Assembly: GCA_035339375.1 (NCBI GenBank)
Contig: DAOQID010000006.1
Span: 1-57,408, forward strand
Direction: 5' to 3'
Length of the DNA stretch: 57,408 nt
Origin: Anaerolineales bacterium
GTDB taxonomy: Bacteria > Chloroflexota > Anaerolineae > Anaerolineales > Villigracilaceae
Both the position numbers and the translations under genes were made by a program. The notes beneath the pieces are model-generated. The model saw only the letters and a list, made by a program, of their open reading frames with translations, did no database searches and was not told the origin of the DNA. The stretch's first letter is position 1; each line of letters starts with the position of its first letter. Below are positions 17,927-26,875 of this stretch, piece by piece.

Positions 17927-18793
17927 ATGAAAACAACAGATCGCAACGCACTCATCGCATTTCCCATTTTGATATTGATCGGTGCTCTGGTGGCTCTGGC
18001 TGGCAGTCAGGGCGGCGCTTCGATCGCCGGAGTTCCGTTATTTGCCGCATCGGTTGGGCTGGCATTCTTAATTCAATGGCTGGTTTTCATTCCCGCCTAC
18101 CTGATGCAGACTGAGAAATTCTTCGATCTGACAGGCAGCCTTACCTATATTTCAGTCACCATCATTGCAGTGATTTTTAGCGGAACGATGGATGGAAGGT
18201 CCGTTCTTCTGGCGGCGCTTGTAGTCATTTGGGCGGTTCGCCTGGGAAGTTTCCTGTTCAACCGAATTAGAAAAGCAGGCAAGGATGACCGTTTCGATGA
18301 AATCAAACCCTCCTTCATTCGTTTTCTGAATGTTTGGACCATTCAGGGTTTGTGGGTGACTTTTACGATGGCAGCGGCTCTGGTCGCCATTACCACAAGC
18401 ACCAAAAAGGGTCTGGATGTATTTGCCATCATCGGCCTTGTGATCTGGGTTTTCGGATTTGTGTTCGAAGTTGTCGCCGATTCGCAAAAAAGCCGTTTCA
18501 ATGCAAACCCTGCCAATAAAGGCAGGTTCATTCAGACAGGCCTCTGGGCACGTTCACGTCATCCCAATTATTTTGGCGAGATCGTTCTCTGGCTGGGCAT
18601 TGCTGTGATCGCCATTCCCGTTTTGCAGGGCTGGCAATGGGTTGCGTTGATCTCCCCCTTGTTCGTCACCCTGCTGTTGACCCGCGTCAGCGGTGTGCCA
18701 CTGCTCGAGAAAAAAGCCGATCAAAAATGGGGCGGGCAGGAAGATTACGAAGCCTACAAAAAGAAAACCCCCGTATTGATCCCGCGTTTGTAA
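17927..18793 (+). CDS. DUF1295 / steroid 5-alpha-reductase-like membrane protein
   Basis: WAVRLG..LF.RI...GKDDRF, EVVADSQK, GLWARSRHPNYFGE, SGVPLLE. Confidence 0.85.
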   Translation: MKTTDRNALIAFPILILIGALVALAGSQGGASIAGVPLFAASVGLAFLIQWLVFIPAYLMQTEKFFDLTGSLTYISVTIIAVIFSGTMDGRSVLLAALVVIWAVRLGSFLFNRIRKAGKDDRFDEIKPSFIRFLNVWTIQGLWVTFTMAAALVAITTSTKKGLDVFAIIGLVIWVFGFVFEVVADSQKSRFNANPANKGRFIQTGLWARSRHPNYFGEIVLWLGIAVIAIPVLQGWQWVALISPLFVTLLLTRVSGVPLLEKKADQKWGGQEDYEAYKKKTPVLIPRL

Positions 18794-18811
18794 TTCAAAC
18801 AGAAAAGAAAC

Positions 18812-19159
18812 ATGATCATTCAAATCTTGCAAATCATCGCAGCCATTGCCACCATCCTCACAGGGTTGGTCTCGCTCTTCAAGCCAGAGTCAGTGACGGG
18901 GTTTACGGGCCTCCGTCCCGAAGGCGGACGCGGCATTACCGAGATCCGCGCCGTACTGGGTGGATTCTTCGTCGCACTTGGCGCTGCACCATTGATGCTT
19001 AATTCGCCTGTCGCCTACACCATGCTCGGCATGGCCTACCTGGTTGTAGGCGTGGTGCGCGGCGTTTCCATGTGGGTGGATAAATCTGTCACCCAATCCA
19101 ACATCATCAGCCTTGTGGTTGAAATCATTTTCGGTGTGATCCTGGTGGTTCCCGTATGA
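18812..19159 (+). CDS. Small 4-TM membrane protein (DUF4345-like)
   Basis: 115 aa, hydrophobic; TEIRAVLGG motif. Confidence 0.55.
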   Translation: MIIQILQIIAAIATILTGLVSLFKPESVTGFTGLRPEGGRGITEIRAVLGGFFVALGAAPLMLNSPVAYTMLGMAYLVVGVVRGVSMWVDKSVTQSNIISLVVEIIFGVILVVPV

Positions 19160-19638
19160 GTCGTGCTGAACTCAACAAACCCGCCCCCAATTTCACATTG
19201 ACCGATTTCAACGGCAATGAGATCAGCCTCACAGATTTTCACTTGAAGAAGAACGTCCTGCTCGTTTTCAATCGCGGCTTTTTCTGACCCTTCTGCCGAC
19301 GGCACATGGCGCAGTTGCGCCAGGATTACAACAAATTCACAGAACAAGACACCGTGATCTTGGTGGTTGGACCTGAAAACAGTCTGGCATTTTCGTTGTA
19401 CTGGAAAACCAATTCCCTGCCATTCATTGGCCTGCCCGACCCCAGCCACACGGTCTTGAAGCGCTACGGGCAGGAAGTAAACCTCTTCAAGTTTGGGCGC
19501 ATGCCCGCCCAGGTCGCCATCGATAAAAATGGGATCGCCCGTTTCGTCCACTATGGGCATGACGCACGCGACATCCCCACCAACGAGGAAATCCTCGAAT
19601 TATTGGAATCCATGAACAAAGAATCGATTACATCGTAA
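19156..19638 (+). CDS. AhpC/TSA (peroxiredoxin-like) selenoprotein, in-frame TGA read as Sec (UPFC)
   Basis: ATG 19156 (ATGA overlap with upstream stop) gives MSRAELNKPAPNFTLTDFNGNEISLTDFHLKKNVLLVFNRGFF-TGA(19285)-PFCRRHMAQL..., in frame with the ORF 19306-19638; thioredoxin-fold UxxC. Confidence 0.8.
19307..19322 (+). promoter_or_regulatory. Candidate bacterial SECIS hairpin
   Basis: UGGCGC-AGUU-GCGCCA stem-loop; loop starts 26 nt after the UGA and contains G-U. Confidence 0.6.
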
Positions 19639-19647
19639 AAGGAATTT

Positions 19648-20868
19648 ATGAACAACAAACGCCTCTTTTCAATCATCCTGGTCGTATTTATTGACTTGCT
19701 CGGGTTCAGCCTGATCCTGCCGCTCCTGCCATATTACGCAGAGACTTTCAATGCCAACGAAACCATCACAGGGATCCTGATCGCCTCCTACGCAGTGATG
19801 CAGTTGATCGGCGCGCCTTTGCTTGGCCGCCTCTCAGACCGCTTCGGTCGTCGCCCCGTTTTGCTGATCAGCGTCTTCGGCACCTTCATCGGCTTTTTGC
19901 TGCTCGGCTTCGCCAACGCCCTGTGGATGCTCTTCGCCAGCCGCATTTTGGATGGCTTAACAGGCGGCAATCTAAGCGTGGCTCAGGCGTACATCTCAGA
20001 CGTGACCGACGAAAAAAGCCGCTCAAAAGGACTCGGCATGGTCGGTGCTGCCTTCGGGCTTGGGTTCATTATCGGCCCGGTCACTGGCGGGTTGCTCAGC
20101 CAATGGGGATATGCCGTGCCAGCGTTTGTCGCAGCAGGCATCTCGTTCCTCAACCTTATTCTGATCTACGCCTGGCTGCCTGAATCGCTTACCGAAGAAA
20201 AACGCAACCAGATGACCGAAAAACGCCCAGCCGTCACCCTGCAGGCATTGATCGTTGCATTCAAACGCCCGTTTACTGGCTCCCTGCTCATCACCCGCTT
20301 CTTTTACGGGCTGGCCTTTTCCATCTTCCAAACCATCTTCTCGCTGTATGCGCTGGCAAAATTTGATCTCACCGCCCGCGATACAGGCTTCGTGTTGACC
20401 TACGTCGGCGTCCTGGCGGTCATCGTACAGGGCTTTCTCGTTGGGCGTCTGACCACCCAGTTCCGTGAAGACCTGCTCATTACCGTTTCTGTGGTGTTGA
20501 TGGGCATTTCTCTGCTGGGTTGGGCATTGGCTCCTTCTGTGCTGTGGCTGTACATCATCATGACCCCCACCGCCATTTCTGGCGGCCTGCTCAACACCCT
20601 GCTCTCCAGCACACTGACCAAAGCCGTGGCCCCACAGGAGATCGGCGGCATCCTTGGCCTTTCCGCCGCAGTGGAAAGCGCCACCCGTATTATCGCCCCC
20701 CTGCTGGGCGGCGTGCTCCTGCAACAGGTCGGCACCTGGGCACCGGGCGCATTCGGCGCCGTTGTGATGACGGGCGTCAGCCTGTATGTATTCACCACCA
20801 TTTACAACCACCCCATTGTTGCCACACTGAAACAAGGAAAGACCGCCCCCGTCCCCGCATCGGATTAA
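19648..20868 (+). CDS. MFS transporter (DHA1/TetA-like)
   Basis: 12 TM; GRLSDRFGRRPVL motif A; GAAFGLGFIIGP antiporter motif. Confidence 0.9.
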   Translation: MNNKRLFSIILVVFIDLLGFSLILPLLPYYAETFNANETITGILIASYAVMQLIGAPLLGRLSDRFGRRPVLLISVFGTFIGFLLLGFANALWMLFASRILDGLTGGNLSVAQAYISDVTDEKSRSKGLGMVGAAFGLGFIIGPVTGGLLSQWGYAVPAFVAAGISFLNLILIYAWLPESLTEEKRNQMTEKRPAVTLQALIVAFKRPFTGSLLITRFFYGLAFSIFQTIFSLYALAKFDLTARDTGFVLTYVGVLAVIVQGFLVGRLTTQFREDLLITVSVVLMGISLLGWALAPSVLWLYIIMTPTAISGGLLNTLLSSTLTKAVAPQEIGGILGLSAAVESATRIIAPLLGGVLLQQVGTWAPGAFGAVVMTGVSLYVFTTIYNHPIVATLKQGKTAPVPASD

Positions 20869-20903
20869 CCAATCCACAGGCAATGGCATGTCAGGAGCTG
20901 AAC

Positions 20904-21524
20904 ATGACCGATAAAACCACCCGTTACGAATTGCCACCCTCAGGCATCACCCTGCTTGGATATGTGGTCCGTCGTATGCACAAAACCCGCTGGCTGCTGC
21001 CAGTGCCCGATTTGCTTGTGCAGGGAAAAACCGACATGGCGTTATTCAACGTTGCCATGTATGCCGTTGCCTCTTCCACATCTTTCGGACGGGCATATTA
21101 TCAGCCGCAATTCAACTCCGCAGGCGCAGAGATCACCGAAACAGACCCGCTCACAGGCGCAAACGTCACCGCAAAATTGGTTGCCACCTCGCCGCATTAT
21201 TTCATCACCTACACCGCCGCCATGCCAAACGGCGATCTCTTCACTGGCAGCGAAGAGATCACAGGCACCACCGTCGGCCTGCGCGGATTGGGCATGCCTG
21301 CCCCATCCAAATTCACCTTCACATCGGGCGGGTACACCGCCGAACTCTCAGGCGTTCTCACCAGCGAGCTTGCGCTTTCACTCATTGGCCGCACCCGCAT
21401 CCGCGCATACGGCTTCCTCAACTTCAAAGACAACGCAGGCAACACAGGCAAACTCAACCTGGATCGCAGCAGAAAGATCAAAATTGATATCAACGACAAA
21501 GCCATGGAGCCCAAATTCATATGA
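20904..21524 (+). CDS. Hypothetical beta-rich protein
   Basis: SD AGGAG before ATG 20904; 206-aa ORF coupled to the photolyase (ATGA); no family recognised. Confidence 0.6.
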   Translation: MTDKTTRYELPPSGITLLGYVVRRMHKTRWLLPVPDLLVQGKTDMALFNVAMYAVASSTSFGRAYYQPQFNSAGAEITETDPLTGANVTAKLVATSPHYFITYTAAMPNGDLFTGSEEITGTTVGLRGLGMPAPSKFTFTSGGYTAELSGVLTSELALSLIGRTRIRAYGFLNFKDNAGNTGKLNLDRSRKIKIDINDKAMEPKFI

Positions 21525-22861
21525 CTTCGATCTGGTGGATTCGCCGCGATTTACGTCTGACTGACAACCTTGCGCTTCATTCTGCGCTGAAAACGGGTGA
21601 CGTCATCCCGGTCTTCATCATCGACCCGGCATTTTCCTCTCAATCGCCGCGCCGACGAAGTTTCCTCTACGAAGGGCTGCACACCCTGGATCAGGACCTA
21701 AAAAAACGCGGCTCGTACCTTGTCCTCCGCACAGGCAGGCCAGTGGACGTGCTGCATCAACTCATGCAGGAAACAAAAGCGCAGGCTGTTTTCGCCGAGG
21801 AAGATTTCACACCCTATGCCCATAAACGTGACACCCATGTGGCTCAATCTGTGCCGCTGCACCTGCTTCCCGGGCAAACCGCTCAACACCCCAGCCGTGT
21901 GCATAAACAGGATGGCAAACCATACACGGTGTACACACCATATTCCAAAACATGGAAGGCCATGTTGGAGGAAATCGAACTCGTTCCCGCGCCAGATGTC
22001 ATCCCCACACCGGCAGGGATCTCCACAGAGCCGATCCCTGCTTTTGGCGTGAATCCGCTTTTTCCAGCAGGTGAGCAGGAAGCACTGACCCGCCTCGATG
22101 AATTTGCTTTCAAACGCATCCACGCCTACGATGAAGCCCGCAACCGCATGGACCTGGACGGAACATCATCGCTTTCACCGTATTTGCGGTTTGGAATGCT
22201 TGGGCTAAGACAAGCCGTCAGGTTGGCGAAGCAGGCTTCGGCGGAGTCACGAGGCGCTGAAATCTGGTTGAACGAATTGATCTGGCGCGAGTTCTACATC
22301 CAGATTCTGTATCATTTTCCATACGTCAGTCATCGTGAATTCAACCCCGCGTTGATGGGGATCAGGTGGCGAAACAACATCGAAGAATTTGAATGTTGGA
22401 AGGAAGGCAGGACAGGCGTACCCATTGTGGATGCGGCCATGCGCCAACTGAAAGAAACAGGCTGGATGCACAACCGCGCGCGCATGATCGTGGCTTCGTT
22501 TTTGGTGAAAGACCTGCTGATCGACTGGCGCTGGGGCGAGGCATGGTTCATGGAATGTCTGCTCGACGGCGACCCCGCTGCAAACAATGGCGGCTGGCAA
22601 TGGACGGCTGGCACAGGCACCGATGCCGCTCCATATTTCAGAATCTTCAACCCTGTTCTGCAAAGTGCAAAATTCGACCCGCTGGGCGAATATATTCGCA
22701 AATGGGTGCATGAGTTGCGAGGATTGAACGAAAAGGAAATCCATGCGCCATGGGAACACGGTGTCAAAATCAGCGGCTACCCTGAAAAACCGATCGTGGA
22801 CCGTGCCCTCGTCAAAGAAAGAACCCTGCAAGCGTACAAACAGGTAAAAAGCGAAAGATGA
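21521..22861 (+). CDS. phrB: Deoxyribodipyrimidine photolyase (class I CPD)
   Basis: WIRRDLRLTDN.AL, TSSLSPYLRFG, ELIWREFY, GWMHNRARMIVASFL.KDL.IDWR.GE.WF, NNGGWQW, RIFNP. Confidence 0.92.
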   Translation: MTSIWWIRRDLRLTDNLALHSALKTGDVIPVFIIDPAFSSQSPRRRSFLYEGLHTLDQDLKKRGSYLVLRTGRPVDVLHQLMQETKAQAVFAEEDFTPYAHKRDTHVAQSVPLHLLPGQTAQHPSRVHKQDGKPYTVYTPYSKTWKAMLEEIELVPAPDVIPTPAGISTEPIPAFGVNPLFPAGEQEALTRLDEFAFKRIHAYDEARNRMDLDGTSSLSPYLRFGMLGLRQAVRLAKQASAESRGAEIWLNELIWREFYIQILYHFPYVSHREFNPALMGIRWRNNIEEFECWKEGRTGVPIVDAAMRQLKETGWMHNRARMIVASFLVKDLLIDWRWGEAWFMECLLDGDPAANNGGWQWTAGTGTDAAPYFRIFNPVLQSAKFDPLGEYIRKWVHELRGLNEKEIHAPWEHGVKISGYPEKPIVDRALVKERTLQAYKQVKSER

Positions 22862-22883
22862 AGACTCCCCTTCATGCATCCGC

Positions 22884-22911
22884 ACCTTCAACTTGCAACC
22901 TGAAACCTTCA
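22884..22911 (+). repeat. Degenerate heptamer tandem repeat (ACCTTCA-like x4)
   Basis: ACCTTCA ACTTGCA ACCTGAA ACCTTCA just before the P450 start. Confidence 0.6.
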
Positions 22912-22916
22912 ACTAC

Positions 22917-24170
22917 ATGAATTCAAAAATCACCCCCGAACTCGGACGCGCAGCCATGCGCGCACTTTTCGAAACAAGATCGCCGCTCGGCCCGCTGAAA
23001 GTGATGGCACAGCATGTCGGCCGCTTTTTTCAAATTCCACTGCCTGGTTTTCGACCCTATGTGGTCTTTGGCCCGGAGGCGGCCCGTAAAGTGCTGATCA
23101 CCGAACGCGACAAGGTGCTCTGGCGCAACACCGACCCCGTAACCGACCTGCTTGGGCGTGGGGTTCTTATCACCGACGGTAAAGAACATGACCACTACCG
23201 CGAGCTGATGGAGCCGCCACTACACCCGTCGAATCTTTCTGGCTATACGCAAATGATGCTCGAAAAAACTGACCAAGTCACCTCACACTGGAAAAGCGGC
23301 GACACAGTGGACATGCTTGTTGAAAGTCGCAAGATCGCCTTGCTGATCATCATGCAAACCCTATTCAGCAAGGATGTGTGGGCCGACCTGCCCCGCATCT
23401 GGAAGCCGATCCTCAAAGCCATAGACTTCATCTCGCCCGGGGCATGGATCATATGGCGGAATGTGCCGCGATTTGGGTATCGCAAGCCGCTGCGCGAATT
23501 GGATGATTACTTGTTTGAGATCATTGAAGAAAGGCGAAAGACGAAACAAGCGCCCCATGACCTGCTCCAGCACTTAATCGACGCAGGCCTGACTGACAAA
23601 GTCATCCGTGACCAGATGCTGACAATGATGATCGCCGGGCACGATACATCCACCGCTTTGCTGGCATGGACCTTCGCGCTACTGGGTCAGCACCCCGAAA
23701 CGCTCAAACATGTTCTTGCGGAGGTCCATTCAAAAGACAGGTCGCCGCTGCTCGACCATGTCATCAAGGAAAGCTTACGGCTGTACCCACCCATTCACAT
23801 CGGCAACCGCCGCGTGGCAAAGACCATGGAATTCGCAGAAGGCACAGTCCCTGCTGGCGAAAGGATGTTTTACTCCATCTACCTGACCCATCGCGACCCA
23901 TCCATCTGGGAAAACGCCGAAGAATTCCAACCCGAACGCTTCGCCCACGGAAGAAAAACACCACCGATGAGTTACATCCCCTTCGGCGGCGGTCCACGGG
24001 CCTGCATCGGTGCAGCGTTTGGCCAGGCCGAAGCACGGATCGTACTGACCAGACTGTTGCAGACCTTTTCATTTGAACCGATGAACCCAGATAAGATCCA
24101 CGCGCACATGGGAGCCACTCTTGAGCCGCGCCCAGGCGTATTGATGAAAGTACAACCCCTAATTCCATGA
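22917..24170 (+). CDS. Cytochrome P450, candidate carotenoid hydroxylase
   Basis: AGHDTS I-helix, KESLRLYPP (ExxR), PERF, FGGGPRACIG heme motif; coupled to the lycopene cyclase. Confidence 0.88.
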   Translation: MNSKITPELGRAAMRALFETRSPLGPLKVMAQHVGRFFQIPLPGFRPYVVFGPEAARKVLITERDKVLWRNTDPVTDLLGRGVLITDGKEHDHYRELMEPPLHPSNLSGYTQMMLEKTDQVTSHWKSGDTVDMLVESRKIALLIIMQTLFSKDVWADLPRIWKPILKAIDFISPGAWIIWRNVPRFGYRKPLRELDDYLFEIIEERRKTKQAPHDLLQHLIDAGLTDKVIRDQMLTMMIAGHDTSTALLAWTFALLGQHPETLKHVLAEVHSKDRSPLLDHVIKESLRLYPPIHIGNRRVAKTMEFAEGTVPAGERMFYSIYLTHRDPSIWENAEEFQPERFAHGRKTPPMSYIPFGGGPRACIGAAFGQAEARIVLTRLLQTFSFEPMNPDKIHAHMGATLEPRPGVLMKVQPLIP

Positions 24171-24958
24171 CCTACTTCGGTTTCCTTTTACGCTTCCTCG
24201 TCATCCCCATCCTCATCTTCCTCGCAATCACATGGTGGGACAACAAGAACAACCGCCCCACACTGGGGTTCACCAATGGCCGCGCAGTGTGGATCGCAAT
24301 CCTTGTTCACATCCTTCTGGCGGTAACCTACACCACGCCGTGGGATAACTACCTCGTTGCCACTGGGGTATGGTTTTACAACCCCAACCTCGTCACAGGC
24401 ATCGTGTTTGGTTACGTTCCCATCGAGGAATATACTTTTTTTGTGCTTGAAACCATCCTCTCCGGGCTGTGGTGGTGGTTCCTCGCCCGCAGAATTTCGG
24501 AGCCAGGTGGCTTCAAGGCATCCATGCCAGCGCGGGTTACTTCGTCCATTGTTTTGTTCATTGCATGGGTGATCTTTACAGCGATCTTTTTCAGCAACAA
24601 CGAGCCGCTCACCTATCTTTCCATTACCCTCTTTTGGGCATTCCCTGCCATCCTTCCGCAATTGCTCTACGGCGCAGATATTTTGTGGCACCACCGCACG
24701 CTGGTTTTGCTCGGCATCCTTATCCCCGGTACCTATCTTTCGCTGATGGATATCATCGCGCTCAACGAAACCACCTGGTCCATTTCAAAGGCGCAAACCA
24801 CAGGGATCTTATTTTTCGGCATCCTGCCCCTTGAAGAGGTGGTTTTCTTTTTCATCACCAACATCCTCATCACCTTCGGTATGACACTTTTGCTGTCCAA
24901 CATTGGCAGGCAAAGGTTCAGCGATTGGAAACTCAACAACTACAAAGGCCTCCCATGA
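24167..24958 (+). CDS. Lycopene cyclase domain protein (fused CrtYc/Yd-type membrane cyclase)
   Basis: Two repeats: PWDNYLVATGVW...VPIEEYTFF and D..A....TW...LPLEEVVFF. Confidence 0.85.
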   Translation: MTYFGFLLRFLVIPILIFLAITWWDNKNNRPTLGFTNGRAVWIAILVHILLAVTYTTPWDNYLVATGVWFYNPNLVTGIVFGYVPIEEYTFFVLETILSGLWWWFLARRISEPGGFKASMPARVTSSIVLFIAWVIFTAIFFSNNEPLTYLSITLFWAFPAILPQLLYGADILWHHRTLVLLGILIPGTYLSLMDIIALNETTWSISKAQTTGILFFGILPLEEVVFFFITNILITFGMTLLLSNIGRQRFSDWKLNNYKGLP

Positions 24959-25335
24959 AACTCGAACAATTCAAAAAACAACAATTTCTCAACATCGAAT
25001 CCTTCCGCAAAAACGGACAGGCCGTCAAAACCCCGGTCTGGTTCGTGCAGGATGGAGAAACGCTTCTTGTCTGGACCCAGGCTGGATCTGGCAAAGCCAA
25101 ACGGATTCGCAGGGATGGAAAGATCCGCATTGCGCCATGCACAGGGTCGGGTGAACTTCTCGGTGAATGGGCCCCTGCATACGCCAAAACGAACGAATCC
25201 GTTGAAACAGTCAAGCACACGACCACTTTGATGAAGAAAAAATACGGTCTGTTCTTCACCATCTTCGGCTTCATCGGCAGAATGCGCGGCGGTTCAAACT
25301 ACACCACGATCAGTATTCAACTGCAAAACCAGTGA
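24955..25335 (+). CDS. PPOX-class probable F420-dependent oxidoreductase
   Basis: SFRKNGQAVKTPVWF, SGKAKRIRR, IAPCT..G, KKKYG. Confidence 0.8.
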   Translation: MKLEQFKKQQFLNIESFRKNGQAVKTPVWFVQDGETLLVWTQAGSGKAKRIRRDGKIRIAPCTGSGELLGEWAPAYAKTNESVETVKHTTTLMKKKYGLFFTIFGFIGRMRGGSNYTTISIQLQNQ

Positions 25336-25360
25336 GACAGTCACAGGTCATGCACCAACA

Positions 25361-25390
25361 AAAAGAGGCAGCTGCGAGGCTGCCTCTTTT
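25361..25390. terminator. Bidirectional intrinsic terminator ending the photoprotection operon
   Basis: AAAAGAGGCAGC-TGCGAG-GCTGCCTCTTTT. Confidence 0.8.
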
Positions 25391-25416
25391 TACTTTTTCG
25401 TACGCTCTACTTTCCT

Positions 25417-26772
25417 CTACCCCATGTTCTTCTTCATTACCCGCTTCAATGCGACCCTGTAAATCTCGGTCAGTTTTTCGCCCATGGCTTTGGCTTCAGG
25501 GTTATCCGCACCTTGCGAGTCCATCTGGGCAACCAGTCCGCTCAAGGCATCGATGAACTGCTGATTAACCATCTCTTCGTTCTGTGAGAGCATCGCATCC
25601 AACGTGGCTTCATCAGGAGCCTGGAGCAAATGCTCAATGAACGCAACCTCTGGCGGAGTGCTGGCAGCCTGCAAAACCTGCACCATCTTTTGTAATTTAC
25701 CCATGCGGGCATAGTCATTCTTTTCAGAAGCCTGCCTCAACAACTGATTGACCACCTCCACTGCGTCCTGGGTGAAGTTCTCAAGGTTTTCCTGTGTGGC
25801 CCTTTCAATATCTTCCTGGGCCAGCAAATTCTCTACAAAATCCTGGGCCTGTTTGTAACGGGCCTCCATTTGCTTGTCCACATCGCTGACGAAGCCCAGC
25901 ACTTTATCGCGAATGCCTTCCATACGGGACTTTTCTTCACCAGCCGCTTTTTCGATTTTCTCGGTGAGCAACTGAAAGAAGACATAATCCATGCCGCCGC
26001 GAGCCAGCGAAACATAGGCGCGGATACGGGAATCATTTTGCGATTCGAGGACAAAATCCAGCAGCTTTTCGCGGGTCAAACCCTGACCTGCATCCTGCAA
26101 TGTCTTTTGGGCAGCTTCCAACTCTGCAACAGAATCACGCAACTGACGGCCAAAGGCGGTTTCATCCAACAATTGACGCTGCAGGTCGATCAATGCGCGT
26201 GCAATGGTTTCCTGTCCGCTTTGCATGGCGTTTTGGGCGATGCGGCTGAAAAGCGAGAAGAATTGTTCGTCGATCGCGTTTTCGTTCTGGCGGATCATCT
26301 CAAGGCGGGCATCTGCCGAAGTCATGCGAATCAACTTTTCGATCAGCATGACCCGTTCCTGCTGGGTCTTGATCATCTCCGATGAAATTCCATCCTTGTT
26401 GAGGATGGTTTCGATCATCGATTCATAGGTCAGGTTGGCTTGCGGTTTGAGCAGGTATGCCTTGCGCTTTTCAAGCGGCAAACGCTCTGTCACCTGCTTG
26501 ATCAATGGACCGATCAATTTCTCCTGCTCGTTGACAGGTAACCCCAACTCAAATGGGAAAAAAGTGAGCAGGAGTTCCTTGTCATTGTCGTGATAGACAA
26601 CGGGTGTGGCAAGGCGGCCTTCATATCCGCAATACTGACAGCGGGCATGGTTCGACTGTCCGCTCAGCAGGCGCTGTTTGGCGGCGGGTTCGTGCGTCAC
26701 ATCGAACAACTGCTCGACATTGGCGGGAATCATCTGTTTACAACGAGGACAAGCAATGGTGGTTTGAGGCAT
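25417..26772 (-). CDS. CpXC domain-containing protein (N-terminal zinc ribbon plus helical region)
   Basis: CPRC...CQYCG, P.VYHD..KELL motif. Confidence 0.75.
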   Translation of the reverse strand: MPQTTIACPRCKQMIPANVEQLFDVTHEPAAKQRLLSGQSNHARCQYCGYEGRLATPVVYHDNDKELLLTFFPFELGLPVNEQEKLIGPLIKQVTERLPLEKRKAYLLKPQANLTYESMIETILNKDGISSEMIKTQQERVMLIEKLIRMTSADARLEMIRQNENAIDEQFFSLFSRIAQNAMQSGQETIARALIDLQRQLLDETAFGRQLRDSVAELEAAQKTLQDAGQGLTREKLLDFVLESQNDSRIRAYVSLARGGMDYVFFQLLTEKIEKAAGEEKSRMEGIRDKVLGFVSDVDKQMEARYKQAQDFVENLLAQEDIERATQENLENFTQDAVEVVNQLLRQASEKNDYARMGKLQKMVQVLQAASTPPEVAFIEHLLQAPDEATLDAMLSQNEEMVNQQFIDALSGLVAQMDSQGADNPEAKAMGEKLTEIYRVALKRVMKKNMG

Positions 26773-26808
26773 TTACGATTTCCGATTTACGATTTTGGAT
26801 TTACGATC
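26771..26808. repeat. Heptamer tandem repeat (ATTTACG-like x5)
   Basis: ATTTACG ATTTCCG ATTTACG ATTTTGG ATTTACG abutting the CpXC start. Confidence 0.75.
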
Positions 26809-26815
26809 AACATTC

Positions 26816-26859
26816 GATCGTTCGATATTCGGAAAAAGCAGGCCGAACATCGAACGATC
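26816..26859. other. Intergenic stem-loop between pepF and the CpXC gene
   Basis: GATCGTTCGATATTCGG...CCGAACATCGAACGATC, 17-bp imperfect stem. Confidence 0.6.
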
Positions 26860-26875
26860 CATTTTTTGAAGTTCT

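Noticed and set aside
19156-19638. Reading the AhpC/TSA gene as a nonsense pseudogene
   Set aside because: The TGA falls exactly at the redox Cys position, a SECIS-like hairpin follows and there is no other decay; Sec is preferred, though unproven.
19648-20868. Calling the MFS transporter a tetracycline-resistance gene
   Set aside because: Only family-level similarity; no tetR or mobile context, and it is embedded in the photoprotection operon.
20023-20937. 304-aa minus-strand ORF and the N-terminal extension of ORF 20520-21524
   Set aside because: Both overlap the MFS gene; the real downstream gene most likely starts at 20904 after an AGGAG SD.
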